A program made the position numbers and the translations under genes. A DNA stretch of 29,685 bases, taken from positions 1-29,685 of IMG/VR virus record IMGVR_UViG_3300025645_000320. The stretch is one strand, 5' to 3'. Of the stretch, positions 28,470 through 29,685 are shown piece after piece; positions within the stretch are counted from its first letter, which is position 1, and each line of letters opens with the position of its first letter. The notes beneath the pieces are model-generated. The model had not been told where the DNA came from. It ran no database searches and saw only the letters and a program-made list of their open reading frames with translations. Source of the DNA: a virus. Lineage: Duplodnaviria > Caudoviricetes.

Positions 28470-28709
28470 ATGTCTAACCAAGACGATTATCTTATCGCGC
28501 TTAAAGAAACTAATAAATTTATTGACGATATGATGGACGCGGACCTCGAAGCAGGGGCCGCGTACACCGGAATTATTACCGCCGCAATCTTCCGCCTACT
28601 CAAAGGTTGTACCGATAAACAAGACGCAACAGGCATTATCGGTGCCGCAATGGCCTCGGCCAGCGCACATGTAGAGATGGAAGAAGGGATTTTATCAGAT
28701 ATTCACTAA
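28470..28709 (+). CDS. Hypothetical protein
   Basis: 79 aa helical ORF filling the gap between two promoters; no family recognised. Confidence 0.6.
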   Translation: MSNQDDYLIALKETNKFIDDMMDADLEAGAAYTGIITAAIFRLLKGCTDKQDATGIIGAAMASASAHVEMEEGILSDIH

Positions 28710-28714
28710 GGGTA

Positions 28715-28744
28715 TTGACATTATCCTATACCCTCGCATATACT
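28715..28744 (+). promoter_or_regulatory. Strong sigma70-like promoter for the RAMP-like gene and array
   Basis: TTGACA (28715-28720), 18 nt, TATACT (28739-28744); spacer contains ATCCTATA; AAAGGA RBS at 28768-28773. Confidence 0.75.
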
Positions 28745-28781
28745 CCTTTACGTTAACAACGCTAACCAAAGGAAAAAAGAT

Positions 28782-29342
28782 ATGCGGAATGTTAGAGTAC
28801 ACTTTGAAGGCATCGCCCCTTACAGCCAATCTAAAATGCACGAGGAGCCCAAGCTCCCCAAAGAAACTGCCGACGCCTACGAAACCAGAACGTGGCGTTC
28901 TAAATGCACCGTCGATAAAGACGGCAACATCATTATCCCCGCTATGGCTATCAAGTTCAGCCTGTCCGCCGCTGCTAAAAAACTAGGAACACAGATTCCG
29001 GGCCGCGGTAAATCAACTTATACAAAATACTTTGAAGCGGACGTCGTACCGCTCAACGATCCCAAGCTTGAAACCAAACAAGCCGACGTCAGAGGTGAAC
29101 GCCTCAACGTTAATTCTGATGGCGTCAGAGGATCCGGTAAGCGCGTCTGGCGCACCTTTCCCGTCGTGGACACAGGATACAAGTCTTACATTGATTTTAT
29201 GATCATGGATGACACCATCACCAAAGATGTATTCGAAGAGGTGTTCTACGCCGCGGGATCAGGTATCGGCATTGGTCGCTTCCGCCCAGAAAAAGGCGGA
29301 ACTAACGGTCGCTTCCGCGCCGTAAAGTTTGACTGGCAATAA
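28782..29342 (+). CDS. Stand-alone Cas7/RAMP-superfamily-like RNA-binding protein (Vipr-like)
   Basis: N-terminal strand VRVHFEGIAP; DGNIIIPAMAIKFSL matching the RAMP IP.S.hKG.hR helix motif; C-terminal Gly-rich loop GIGIGRFRPEKGGTNGRF followed by a final strand; no other cas genes in the window. Confidence 0.75.
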   Translation: MRNVRVHFEGIAPYSQSKMHEEPKLPKETADAYETRTWRSKCTVDKDGNIIIPAMAIKFSLSAAAKKLGTQIPGRGKSTYTKYFEADVVPLNDPKLETKQADVRGERLNVNSDGVRGSGKRVWRTFPVVDTGYKSYIDFMIMDDTITKDVFEEVFYAAGSGIGIGRFRPEKGGTNGRFRAVKFDWQ

Positions 29343-29346
29343 TCAT

Positions 29347-29685
29347 CGCGTCGCGCCGTACTACGGCGCTTCGCTGCGCTCCGCAATTCAACTCAAGGAT
29401 TTGTTATGTACAACGCAACTTGTCTCTGGGCACCTCAACGACTCGCAACGCGACTTCGCGTATTGCAACGCGCCTCAATTCAACGCAACGATTTGTTTGT
29501 TACTTTTCGCATCTTCGCGCTCCGCCTCTCAACGCGACTTGTCTCGGCGCGGTGCGACGCACCTCTCCGCAACGCAACGCAACGATTTGTTTGTTACTTT
29601 TCGCGCCTCAACTCGCCGCGTCGCGGCACCCCGCGTCGCGGCACCCCGCATCGCACCTCAACGCAACGATTTGTTTGTTACAACG
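29347..29685 (+). ncRNA. Pentamer-phased repeat array (CGC/CTC + NN) with conserved linkers; putative guide-RNA array, truncated by the window end
   Basis: Four units of 10, 15, 15 and 13 in-phase pentamers starting at 29347, 29414, 29508 and 29602. Each is followed by a linker: GGATTTGTTATGTACAA (29397-29413), CGATTTGTTTGTTACTTTT (29489-29507 and 29583-29601), CGATTTGTTTGTTACAA (29667-29683). The repeat structure is certain; transcription and strand are inferred. Confidence 0.75.

Larger units (their letters stand above)
1..29685. mobile_element. Tailed dsDNA bacteriophage genome segment (podovirus-like virion module, replication module and accessory region)
   Basis: Dense, mostly co-oriented ORFs with 1-4 nt overlaps; tail, ejection-type and transglycosylase proteins; SNF2/SSB/primase/UvrD/PolA cluster; no cellular housekeeping genes. 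Free phage versus prophage cannot be decided here. Confidence 0.93.

Noticed and set aside
29389-29685. Canonical CRISPR array (repeat CAACGCAACGATTTGTTTGTTAC with spacers)
   Set aside because: The intervening sequences are longer than typical spacers and are themselves 5-nt periodic with conserved triplets, so they are not captured foreign DNA. No cas1/cas2 gene is present in the window.
29406-29685. Open reading frame from the ATG at 29406 (preceded by AAGGA) running off the window
   Set aside because: The array's composition leaves essentially no stop codons on the + strand. The 5-nt period and the 92/94-nt linker spacing put repeats in different frames, giving an Arg-rich, non-protein-like product. 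It cannot be fully excluded without ribosome profiling.
29347-29685. Simple microsatellite, replication-origin iterons or assembly artefact
   Set aside because: Units are non-identical, variation concentrates in two of five positions, and phase is kept without indels. Iterons and assembly collapse would give near-identical copies.

Overview
The whole window reads as part of a tailed dsDNA phage genome, most likely a short-tailed marine type. No host housekeeping genes, integrase, tRNA or rRNA were recognised. Left part (1-19.6 kb, + strand): virion genes, namely a 7-repeat beta-propeller tail/receptor-binding protein (probably 5'-truncated), a tail stabilisation/nozzle-like protein, two small proteins and six large internal-virion/ejection-type proteins. 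The last of these is a modular 1243-aa protein with ParB-like, HExxH and lytic transglycosylase domains separated by a repeated linker. Right part (19.5-28.1 kb): a replication module with an SNF2 helicase (- strand), then SSB-like protein, AEP primase, UvrD helicase and a Leu762-type family A DNA polymerase. The last 1.5 kb holds an unannotated ribbon-helix-helix gene and several sigma70-like promoters sharing an (A/T)TCCYATA box. It also holds the most striking feature: a stand-alone 186-aa Cas7/RAMP-like gene followed directly by a non-coding array. The array consists of strictly phased pentamers (conserved triplet, mostly CGC/CTC, plus a variable dinucleotide) grouped into units of 10-15 pentamers, separated by a conserved GATTTGTT(T/A)-containing linker. 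It is not a CRISPR array and looks like an RNA-guided system with a non-contiguous guide code (VIPR-like, but with a CGC rather than GGY scaffold). The array runs off the window end. All calls come from reading motifs by eye; no database searches were run.
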